DNA of 64,000 bases, from contig CAMMBV010000016.1 of assembly GCA_946494335.1 (NCBI GenBank), positions 847 to 64,846 of the forward strand. The letters run 5' to 3'. The position numbers were made by a program, and so were the translations under genes. The first letter of the stretch is position 1. Every line of letters begins with the position of its first letter. The DNA comes from an uncultured Ruminococcus sp. (GTDB lineage Bacteria > Bacillota > Clostridia > Lachnospirales > Lachnospiraceae). The notes beneath the pieces are model-generated. The model saw only the letters and a list, made by a program, of their open reading frames with translations, was not told where the DNA came from and ran no database searches. Below, piece by piece: positions 57,274-64,000 of this stretch.

Positions 57274-58210
57274 TGAGATTTTAAAGGGAGTTAAAAGCGC
57301 AGCCATAGCCGGACATGTAAATCCGGACGGGGACTGCGTGGGCTCCTGCATGGCGTTATATTACTATCTGGCCGATAATTATAAAGAGATTCATGCGGAT
57401 GTGTATCTGGAGGAGATGCGTCCGGTGTTCGGACACCTGGAGCGGCTGGATGAGATAAAGAAAGAGGCGGATCCGGGGAAAAAGTATGATCTTGTGATTC
57501 TGCTGGATGTCAGCAGTCTTGACCGGATCGGCGTGGCCGGCGATATTTTTGAGACGGCTGACAGGACCGTATGCATTGACCATCATATTACCAATCCCGG
57601 GATCGCGATGGTCAATCACATCGTGCCCGATGCCAGCTCCGCCTGCGAGGTGCTGTTTGATCTGATGGAAAAGGAGCGGATCTCCAAAGCCGCGGCCAGC
57701 GCGCTGTACACGGGGATCGTCCATGACTGCGGAGTGTTTCAGTACTCCAACACCTCGTCAAAAACGATGGAAACAGCCGGCTGGCTGATGGATCAGGGGA
57801 TTCCCTTTACGAGAATCATAGAGGATTCCTTCTTTAAAAAATCCTACAATCAAAACAGGATGATGGGCTATGTACTGATGAACAGCAGCCTGTACCTGGA
57901 AGGACGCTGCATCGGTGCGTCAGTAACAAAGGAGGATATGGAGCGGTTCGGCACACAGGCCAGAGATCTGGACGGTATTATCAATCAGATGAGACTGACC
58001 GAAGGCGTTGAGGCGGCCCTGTTTCTTTATGCCCTTGACGAAAACCGTTATAAGGTGAGCATGCGTTCCAATGGTAAGGCGGATGTCAGCGCCATAGCCA
58101 TGTCTTTTGGCGGCGGCGGCCATTTTATGGCAGCCGGCTGCACGCTGGACGGCACTCCTGAGGAAATTATGAAAAAACTGGTGGATGCTGTAAAACAGCA
58201 GCTGAATTGA
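57260..58210 (+). CDS. nrnA: DHH/DHHA1 phosphoesterase (NrnA-like oligoribonuclease / pAp phosphatase)
   Basis: GHVNPDGDCVGS, the DHH motif CIDHHITN, and DHHA1 GGGGH. GAGGAA lies 7 nt upstream of ATG 57260. Confidence 0.85.
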   Translation: MKKLDEILKGVKSAAIAGHVNPDGDCVGSCMALYYYLADNYKEIHADVYLEEMRPVFGHLERLDEIKKEADPGKKYDLVILLDVSSLDRIGVAGDIFETADRTVCIDHHITNPGIAMVNHIVPDASSACEVLFDLMEKERISKAAASALYTGIVHDCGVFQYSNTSSKTMETAGWLMDQGIPFTRIIEDSFFKKSYNQNRMMGYVLMNSSLYLEGRCIGASVTKEDMERFGTQARDLDGIINQMRLTEGVEAALFLYALDENRYKVSMRSNGKADVSAIAMSFGGGGHFMAAGCTLDGTPEEIMKKLVDAVKQQLN

Positions 58211-58221
58211 AAAGGTTTGAT

Positions 58222-59133
58222 ATGAACGGAGTCATAAATGTATATAAAGAGGCAGGCTATACGTCTCATGATGTGGTGGCAAAGCTGCGCGGTATTTTAA
58301 AGCAGAAAAAAATCGGACATACGGGTACGCTGGATCCTGATGCGGTGGGAGTTTTGCCGGTATGTCTGGGAAAAGCCACAAAGCTGTGCGATATGCTTGC
58401 CGGAGAAAAAAAGACGTATGAGGCGGTGATGCGGCTTGGAATCACTACTGATACGCAGGATATGAGCGGAATGGTGGTAAGAAAGAAGGAACCGTCTGTC
58501 ATGGATAAGGAGGTAAGGGAGTGTATCGCCTCTTTTCTGGGAGAACAGATGCAGGTTCCGCCTATGTATTCAGCGCTGAAGGTGAATGGAAAAAAACTGT
58601 ATGAACTGGCGCGGGAGGGCAAAACAGTGGAGAGAAAAGCCCGGCCGGTTCATTTTTACCGTATAGAGATATTAGATATGGAGCTTCCGGTGATTCGTTT
58701 TACAGTTACCTGCTCCAAAGGCACATACATAAGGACACTGTGCCATGATATCGGTGAAAAGCTGGGATGCGGCGGCTGTATGGAATCCCTTATGCGCACC
58801 CGGGTGGGCCGTTTTAAGCTGGAAGACAGCCTGAAGCTGTCACAGATTGAAGAAAGAACGGCTGCAGGCCGGGTCCAGGAATGTATCCTGCCACTGGATG
58901 AAATGTTTGATGATCTGCCTTCTCTTACCGTGACCGGTCAGGCACAGCAGCGTGCATACAACGGGAACGGGTTTCACGGCAGGTATCTGAAGCTGCGTCC
59001 CGGGGAATGGAAAGAAGGGCAGCAGGTCCGCGTCTATGATGATCAGAAGGCTTTCGTGGGAATCTATCAGTATCAAAAGGAAGCGGATGAATTCACTCTT
59101 GTAAAAATGTTCAGAGACGGGGGCGGCAGATGA
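58222..59133 (+). CDS. truB: tRNA pseudouridine(55) synthase
   Basis: MNGVINVYKEAGYTSHDVV and GHTGTLDPDAVGVLPV. Confidence 0.92.
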   Translation: MNGVINVYKEAGYTSHDVVAKLRGILKQKKIGHTGTLDPDAVGVLPVCLGKATKLCDMLAGEKKTYEAVMRLGITTDTQDMSGMVVRKKEPSVMDKEVRECIASFLGEQMQVPPMYSALKVNGKKLYELAREGKTVERKARPVHFYRIEILDMELPVIRFTVTCSKGTYIRTLCHDIGEKLGCGGCMESLMRTRVGRFKLEDSLKLSQIEERTAAGRVQECILPLDEMFDDLPSLTVTGQAQQRAYNGNGFHGRYLKLRPGEWKEGQQVRVYDDQKAFVGIYQYQKEADEFTLVKMFRDGGGR

Positions 59134-60056
59134 TGAGGTATATAACCAATACACTGGATTTTATGCTGCAGAAACGCAGCGTCATAACGCTGGGCAAATT
59201 CGACGGCCTTCACAGAGGCCATCAAAAGCTGGTGAAGCGGATAAAGGAGTTGAAAAAAGCGGGGTTTGCGTCTGTTATTTTCACCTTTGACGTTTCGCCG
59301 GTGATGCGGCTTTCCGATCCCTCCTTTAAGATGATCCTGACCAATGAGGAGAGACGTCGTCTGGCGGAGGATATGGGGGTGGACTGTCTGGTGGAATGTC
59401 CCTTTGTGCCGGAGATCATGCACATGGACGCCAAAGATTTTGTCCACGAAATACTGGTAAATCAGATGCAGGCTGCACATCTGGTGGTGGGCCCGGATTT
59501 CCATTTCGGATACAAGCGCAGGGGAACGACCGGGCTTTTGCAGGAGATGGGACGGCAGTTTGGTTTTCAGGTGGATATTCTGGAAAAGGTGAAGGACGGC
59601 GACCGGGAAATCAGCAGCACTTACATCCGGGAGGAGATTATAAAAGGCAATATCCGCAGGGCCAATGATCTTCTGGGGTATCCATTTTTCGTAGAAGGTG
59701 AAATTGTCCACGGCAGACATCTGGGACGTACCATCGGCATTCCCACCATTAATCAGAGACCTTCTCTTCACAAGCTCCTGCCGCCCTTTGGCGTCTATGC
59801 GTCAATCACAGAGATTGACGGGGAGCCTTATTTTGGAATCAGTAATATCGGCGTCAAGCCGACAGTGGGAGATGAGCGGCCCGGTGTGGAGACCTACCTT
59901 TTTGATGTGGACAAGGAGCTGTACGGCAAACAGGCCCGTGTTCGACTGTATCATTTTATCCGGCCGGAATTCAAATTCCCCTCTGTCGCTCAGCTGCAGC
60001 ATCAGATAAAGAAGGATGAGGCCTCCTGCCGGAAATTTTTCCGCGAATCATTCTGA
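59130..60056 (+). CDS. ribF: Bifunctional riboflavin kinase / FAD synthetase
   Basis: GKFDGLHRGHQKL at the N-terminus and a C-terminal riboflavin kinase region (GRTIGIPTIN). Confidence 0.92.
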   Translation: MMRYITNTLDFMLQKRSVITLGKFDGLHRGHQKLVKRIKELKKAGFASVIFTFDVSPVMRLSDPSFKMILTNEERRRLAEDMGVDCLVECPFVPEIMHMDAKDFVHEILVNQMQAAHLVVGPDFHFGYKRRGTTGLLQEMGRQFGFQVDILEKVKDGDREISSTYIREEIIKGNIRRANDLLGYPFFVEGEIVHGRHLGRTIGIPTINQRPSLHKLLPPFGVYASITEIDGEPYFGISNIGVKPTVGDERPGVETYLFDVDKELYGKQARVRLYHFIRPEFKFPSVAQLQHQIKKDEASCRKFFRESF

Positions 60057-60067
60057 TAGAAAAAGTA

Positions 60068-60096
60068 TTTACATCCGGAACAGGTTGTGGTATACT
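60068..60096 (+). promoter_or_regulatory. Candidate rpsO promoter
   Basis: TTTACA, a 17-nt spacer, then TGg-TATACT (extended -10). The ~95-nt leader contains a CCGGATTC..GAATCTCCGG hairpin, a possible S15 autoregulatory structure. Confidence 0.55.
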
Positions 60097-60189
60097 TGCT
60101 TAGTGTGAAAATAAGAACCCGGATTCAGAGAGCGGAATCTCCGGCCATCTCTTAATTCGAGGCGTTAAATGAAAATCAGGAGGAAAGAC

Positions 60190-60456
60190 ATGATTTCGAA
60201 AGAAAAGAAACAGGCAATCATCAACGAGTATGCAAGAACAGAAGGCGACACCGGTTCACCGGAAGTACAGGTTGCTATTCTGACAGCCAGAATTCAGGAG
60301 CTGACAGAACATCTGAAAGAGCACCACAAAGATCATCATTCCAGACGCGGTCTGCTGAAGATGGTTGGTCAGAGACGTGGTCTTCTGGATTATCTGAAGA
60401 AAAATGATATTGAAAGATACCGTGCTTTGATTGAAAAACTGGGAATCAGAAAATAA
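60190..60456 (+). CDS. rpsO: 30S ribosomal protein S15
   Basis: 88 aa with [41 protein letters not shown]. Confidence 0.95.
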   Translation: MISKEKKQAIINEYARTEGDTGSPEVQVAILTARIQELTEHLKEHHKDHHSRRGLLKMVGQRRGLLDYLKKNDIERYRALIEKLGIRK

Positions 60457-60465
60457 TGATAGTAA

Positions 60466-60493
60466 GGGGGCGGATGATTTTTCCGCCCCATTT
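60466..60493 (+). terminator. Terminator or attenuator between rpsO and pnp
   Basis: GGGGCGG / CCGCCCC stem with a 9-nt loop, followed by ATTT. Confidence 0.6.
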
Positions 60494-60619
60494 CTATAAA
60501 ATTTAAATGACACAAAGGTCCTTATGATTCCGAGACTACTGAAAAGCGCATTAACAGCGGCGGAGTGCTTTTTTCAGTTGTTTCGGGCGGGACCTGTCAG
60601 AAAGAAAAGGAGAACGCAG

Positions 60620-62716
60620 ATGTATAAAAGTTATACGATGGAACTGGCGGGAAGAACATTGACCGTAGATATTGACAGGGTTGCAAAACAGGCCAACGGC
60701 GCTGCATTTATGCATTACGGAGATACCGTGGTGCTTTCCACGGCGACCGCTTCTGACAAACCCAGAGAAGGTATTGATTTCTTCCCCTTAAGTGTGGAAT
60801 ATGAAGAGAAACAGTATGCAGTGGGAAAAATCCCCGGAGGATTCAATAAAAGAGAGGGAAAGGCCAGCGAACATGCCATCCTGACTTCCCGTGTGATCGA
60901 CCGTCCTATGCGTCCGCTGTTTCCAAAGGATTACAGAAACGATGTGACGCTGAGCAACATGGTAATGTCCGTGGATCCGGAGTGCAATCCGGAGATTCCG
61001 GCTATGCTGGGATCTGCCATTGCCACCTGCATTTCCGATATTCCCTTTGACGGCCCCTGCGCGGCTACCCAGGTGGGAATGATTGACGGAGAATTTATTA
61101 TCAATCCGTCTCTGGGCCAGAAAGAGGTTTCAGATCTGCAGCTTACCGTTGCGTCCACAAGAGAAAAGGTGATCATGATTGAAGCCGGAGCCAACGAAGT
61201 GCCGGAAGACAAAATGATCGAGGCGATTTTCAAGGCCCATGAGGTAAATCAGGAAATTATTCAATTTATTGATAAGATCGTGGCTGAGTGCGGGAAAGAG
61301 AAGCACAGCTACGAAAGCTGTGCCGTTCCGGAGGAGCTTTTCGCAGCCATAAAAGAGATCGTTCCGCCGGAAGAAATGGAAAACGCTGTATTTACCGATG
61401 AAAAGCAGGTAAGAGAAGAAAATATCCGTCAGATTAAGGATAAGCTTACAGAAGCCCTGGCAGAGAATGAGGAATGGCTTGCCGTGCTGGATGAGGCTGT
61501 ATATCAGTATCAGAAAAAGACCGTACGTAAGATGATCCTGAAAGACAGAAAACGTCCGGATGGACGTGACATCCGTCAGATACGTCCGCTGGCGGCAGAG
61601 ATCGATCTGATTCCGAGAGTACATGGTTCCGCCATGTTTACCCGGGGACAGACCCAGATCTGTACCGTTACCACGCTGGCGCCCCTTTCCGATGCGCAGA
61701 AGCTGGACGGACTGGATGAATACGAGACGTCAAAACGATACATGCATCATTACAATTTCCCCTCCTACTCGGTAGGCGAGACCAAGCCTTCCAGAGGTCC
61801 GGGACGCCGTGAAATCGGTCATGGAGCCCTGGCGGAACGCGCCCTTGTACCGGTGCTGCCTTCTGAGGCGGAATTCCCGTACGCTATCCGTACCGTATCG
61901 GAAACCTTTGAATCCAACGGATCCACATCACAGGCCAGCATCTGTGCATCCTCTATGTCACTGATGGCGGCAGGTGTTCCCATCAAAAAACCGGTGGCCG
62001 GCATCTCAGCAGGTCTGGTGACAGGGGAGACAGATGATGATTATATCGTGCTGACAGATATTCAGGGTCTGGAAGACTTTTTCGGAGATATGGACTTTAA
62101 GGTAGCCGGAACCCATGACGGCATCACGGCAATCCAGATGGATATTAAGATCCATGGCCTTACCCGTCCCATTATCGAGGAAGCCATTGCCAGAACCAAA
62201 GAGGCAAGGGAGTATATTCTGACAGACATTATGGAGCCCTGTATCGCGAAACCCAGAGAAAGCGTGGGTCCCTTTGCTCCAAAGATTGTTCAGATTATGA
62301 TTGATCCGGCCAAAATCGGCGATGTGGTTGGTCAAAGAGGCAAGACCATCAATGCCATCATCGAGGAGACCGGCGTTAAGATTGACATTACAGACGACGG
62401 GGCTGTTTCCATCTGCGGCGTGGAAAAAGCCGGTATGGATAAAGCGATCCATTATATCCAAACCATTGTGACAGATTTTGAGGAAGGACAGATTTTCACC
62501 GGAAAAGTGGTCAACATCAAAGAATTCGGGGCGTTTTTGGAATTTGCCCCCGGAAAAGAAGGTATGGTTCACATTTCCAAAATTGCGAAAGAGAGAATCA
62601 AACGTGTAGAGGATGTTCTGACGCTGGGAGATATAGTAAAGGTTGTTTGCCTGGGCAAGGACAAGATGGGCAGAATAAGCTTCAGCATCAAGGACGTTCC
62701 GGAAGATCAGAAATAA
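60620..62716 (+). CDS. pnp: Polyribonucleotide nucleotidyltransferase (PNPase)
   Basis: 698 aa from [41 protein letters not shown], two RNase PH domains, KH and S1. AAGGAG SD. The track ORF starts at 60524. Confidence 0.93.
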   Translation: MYKSYTMELAGRTLTVDIDRVAKQANGAAFMHYGDTVVLSTATASDKPREGIDFFPLSVEYEEKQYAVGKIPGGFNKREGKASEHAILTSRVIDRPMRPLFPKDYRNDVTLSNMVMSVDPECNPEIPAMLGSAIATCISDIPFDGPCAATQVGMIDGEFIINPSLGQKEVSDLQLTVASTREKVIMIEAGANEVPEDKMIEAIFKAHEVNQEIIQFIDKIVAECGKEKHSYESCAVPEELFAAIKEIVPPEEMENAVFTDEKQVREENIRQIKDKLTEALAENEEWLAVLDEAVYQYQKKTVRKMILKDRKRPDGRDIRQIRPLAAEIDLIPRVHGSAMFTRGQTQICTVTTLAPLSDAQKLDGLDEYETSKRYMHHYNFPSYSVGETKPSRGPGRREIGHGALAERALVPVLPSEAEFPYAIRTVSETFESNGSTSQASICASSMSLMAAGVPIKKPVAGISAGLVTGETDDDYIVLTDIQGLEDFFGDMDFKVAGTHDGITAIQMDIKIHGLTRPIIEEAIARTKEAREYILTDIMEPCIAKPRESVGPFAPKIVQIMIDPAKIGDVVGQRGKTINAIIEETGVKIDITDDGAVSICGVEKAGMDKAIHYIQTIVTDFEEGQIFTGKVVNIKEFGAFLEFAPGKEGMVHISKIAKERIKRVEDVLTLGDIVKVVCLGKDKMGRISFSIKDVPEDQK

Positions 62717-62725
62717 TAAAAGAGA

Positions 62726-62762
62726 AAAAGGGGAGATTGCTAAATGCGATTTCCCTTTTTTG
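62726..62762 (+). terminator. pnp intrinsic terminator (also the group IIC intron homing motif)
   Basis: GGGAGATTGC / GCGATTTCCC stem (10 bp, two wobbles), flanked by an A-run and T6, ending 1-2 nt before the intron 5' end. Confidence 0.75.
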
Positions 62763-64000
62763 GTTCGCCCGCCATGGGCGGACTCTAACGGGTGAAAGTC
62801 TCGAGTGCGCGTAGGCAACGACGAAGCACATAGCTGAACAGCAAGGGTGCCCATCGTGAGGTGGGATCTGAAGGAAGCTGTAGGCAAACCCTTGGCCTGA
62901 CGGACAGAAACCACATATAAGGCTGGGAAATATGGGTAAGTCTGCCAAAAGAGATGAAGCCCAAAAGGTTGCTGGAAGTACCAGTAGATGTGGCAGGTGG
63001 ATGAGGGGAAAGAGTCCGCACCTTAAGCGGGGAGGTCTCACAGGCGGTCTCATTAGCTGTAGTAACAACGAACTGTGAGAAGTCAGCAGAGCCTATAGTA
63101 GTGAAGAAGTCCCTGTAATGGGGATGGAGCGAAGGGGCGAACAATCAATCAGTTGAAGTAGGTTCCACTTCGTAGCCGGAGCAACGTCTGTCGATAACGT
63201 CAAAGACGGCAAAGGCAAAAGGGGCAGAAAGGAAACAACGCATGAACACAAGTAGTCTTATGGAGCAGATATTGAGCAAGGAGAATCTCAATGCGGCGTA
63301 TCTGCAAGTCGTCAGAAATAAAGGTGCGGCAGGTGTAGACGGTATGGAATGCACCGAGCTGAAAGATTACCTTTCGGAAAACGGCGAAACAATCAGGGAA
63401 CAGCTGAGGACAAGAAAATACAAACCTCAGCCAGTTAGGCGAGTAGAGATACCAAAGCCCGAAGGTGGTGAGAGAAACCTTGGAGTACCTACGGTCACAG
63501 ACCGTTTTGTACAACAGGCAATCGCACAGGTGCTGATTCCTATTTTTGAGGAGCAGTTCCATAACCACAGCTACGGATTCCGACCGAACCGCTGCGCACA
63601 GCAGGCAATCATCAAAGCACTTGAAATGATGAATGATGGATACAGCTGGATAGTCGATATCGACCTTGCAAAGTTCTTTGACACGGTAGACCACGATAAG
63701 CTGATGACCATTTTTGGTCGAACAATTAAAGATGGAGATGTCATATCCATCGTCAGAAAGTTCCTGGTCAGCGGAATCATGGTAGACAACGAGTATGAGG
63801 ATTCCATCATAGGAACCCCGCAGGGAGGGAACATATCTCCGTTGCTTGCGAACATCATGCTCAATGAATTGGATAAGGAGCTGGAAGCAAGGGGACTTGA
63901 CTTTGTGAGATATGCAGATGATTGCATTATCATGGTTGGAAGTAAACAGGCGGCAGAACGAGTGATGAAAAGCGTAACGAGATTTCTTGAGAATAAGCTT
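62763..64000 (+). mobile_element. Group IIC (class C) intron, 5' part: domains I-III plus the start of the DIV ORF; it continues past the window
   Basis: The 5' end GTTCGCCCGCCATGGGCGGACTCTAACGGGTGAAAGTC... parallels the Oceanobacillus iheyensis IIC intron (GUGUGCCCGGCAUGGGUGCAGUCUAUAGGGUGAGAGUC), recalled from memory. Further shared strings are GCAAGGGTG, ATCTGAAGGAAGC, GGCAAACC, CGGGGAGGTCT and GAAGTCAGCAGA. An RT ORF follows. Confidence 0.8.
63242..64000 (+). CDS. Group II intron reverse transcriptase/maturase (N-terminal 253 codons, open at the window end)
   Basis: This ORF is not in the supplied track because it has no stop in the window. ATG at 63242. Motifs LNAAYLQVVRNKGAAGVDG, VRRVEIPKPEGGERNLGVPTVTDRFVQQA, YGFRPNR, TPQGGNISPLLANI and RYADD (63911-63922). 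Confidence 0.9.
   Translation, partial: MNTSSLMEQILSKENLNAAYLQVVRNKGAAGVDGMECTELKDYLSENGETIREQLRTRKYKPQPVRRVEIPKPEGGERNLGVPTVTDRFVQQAIAQVLIPIFEEQFHNHSYGFRPNRCAQQAIIKALEMMNDGYSWIVDIDLAKFFDTVDHDKLMTIFGRTIKDGDVISIVRKFLVSGIMVDNEYEDSIIGTPQGGNISPLLANIMLNELDKELEARGLDFVRYADDCIIMVGSKQAAERVMKSVTRFLENKL

Noticed and set aside
62805-62809. GTGCG at 62805, initially taken as the canonical group II intron 5' end.
   Set aside because: The 42 nt upstream (GTTCGCCCGCCATGGGCGGACTCTAACGGGTGAAAGTC) align block for block with the 5' end of the O. iheyensis IIC intron. They also start immediately after the terminator T-run. I therefore place the boundary at about 62763, and the GTGCG is internal to domain I.

Overview
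A 64-kb chromosomal window from a Firmicutes/Clostridia genome. The proteins look Lachnospiraceae-like, but that taxon call is inference only.

**Core content, in order**
- 3' end of tpiA
- an Rpn/YhgA-like nuclease gene and a HAD hydrolase (both minus strand)
- pstSCAB-phoU
- an amino-acid ABC transporter
- gpmI-eno
- secG-rnr-smpB-ssrA (tmRNA)
- a DUF3793-flavodoxin-DUF2325 triad
- a Na/Pi cotransporter
- a minus-strand pepV/YhhN-like/TIGR01906 operon
- two RluA-family pseudouridine synthases flanking a UPF0303 gene
- a lactonase
- a LacI-controlled inositol/keto-sugar cluster with its own ABC transporter and a divergent PanB paralog (25.8-34.7 kb)
- glmS and glnA
- rimP-nusA-ylxR-ylxQ-infB-rbfA-nrnA-truB-ribF, then rpsO and pnp
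- a group IIC intron inserted directly behind the pnp terminator and running off the window

**Accessory island (about 34.7-48.25 kb)**
- The first ~2 kb holds decayed mobile or defence gene fragments: an IS256-like N-terminus, a DUF1016/YhcG pseudogene, a 5'-truncated HNH, a Fic C-terminal fragment and a third Rpn 5' fragment.
- An ~11.3-kb module follows, bounded by two ~1-kb direct repeats. Each repeat encodes a PD-(D/E)XK Rpn-family nuclease.
- That module carries an apparently intact tyrosine integrase and a translationally coupled four-gene operon.
- The operon encodes an SMC-like ATPase, a Toprim protein and two partner proteins. I recognise it as a type II Wadjet (JetABCD; TIGR02677/78/80/79) anti-plasmid system.
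- A short relic of a second jetD-like gene sits immediately outside the right-hand repeat.

**Limits**
- I saw no rRNA, tRNA or CRISPR array.
- All family assignments rest on motif and memory-based recognition of the translations. No search was run.
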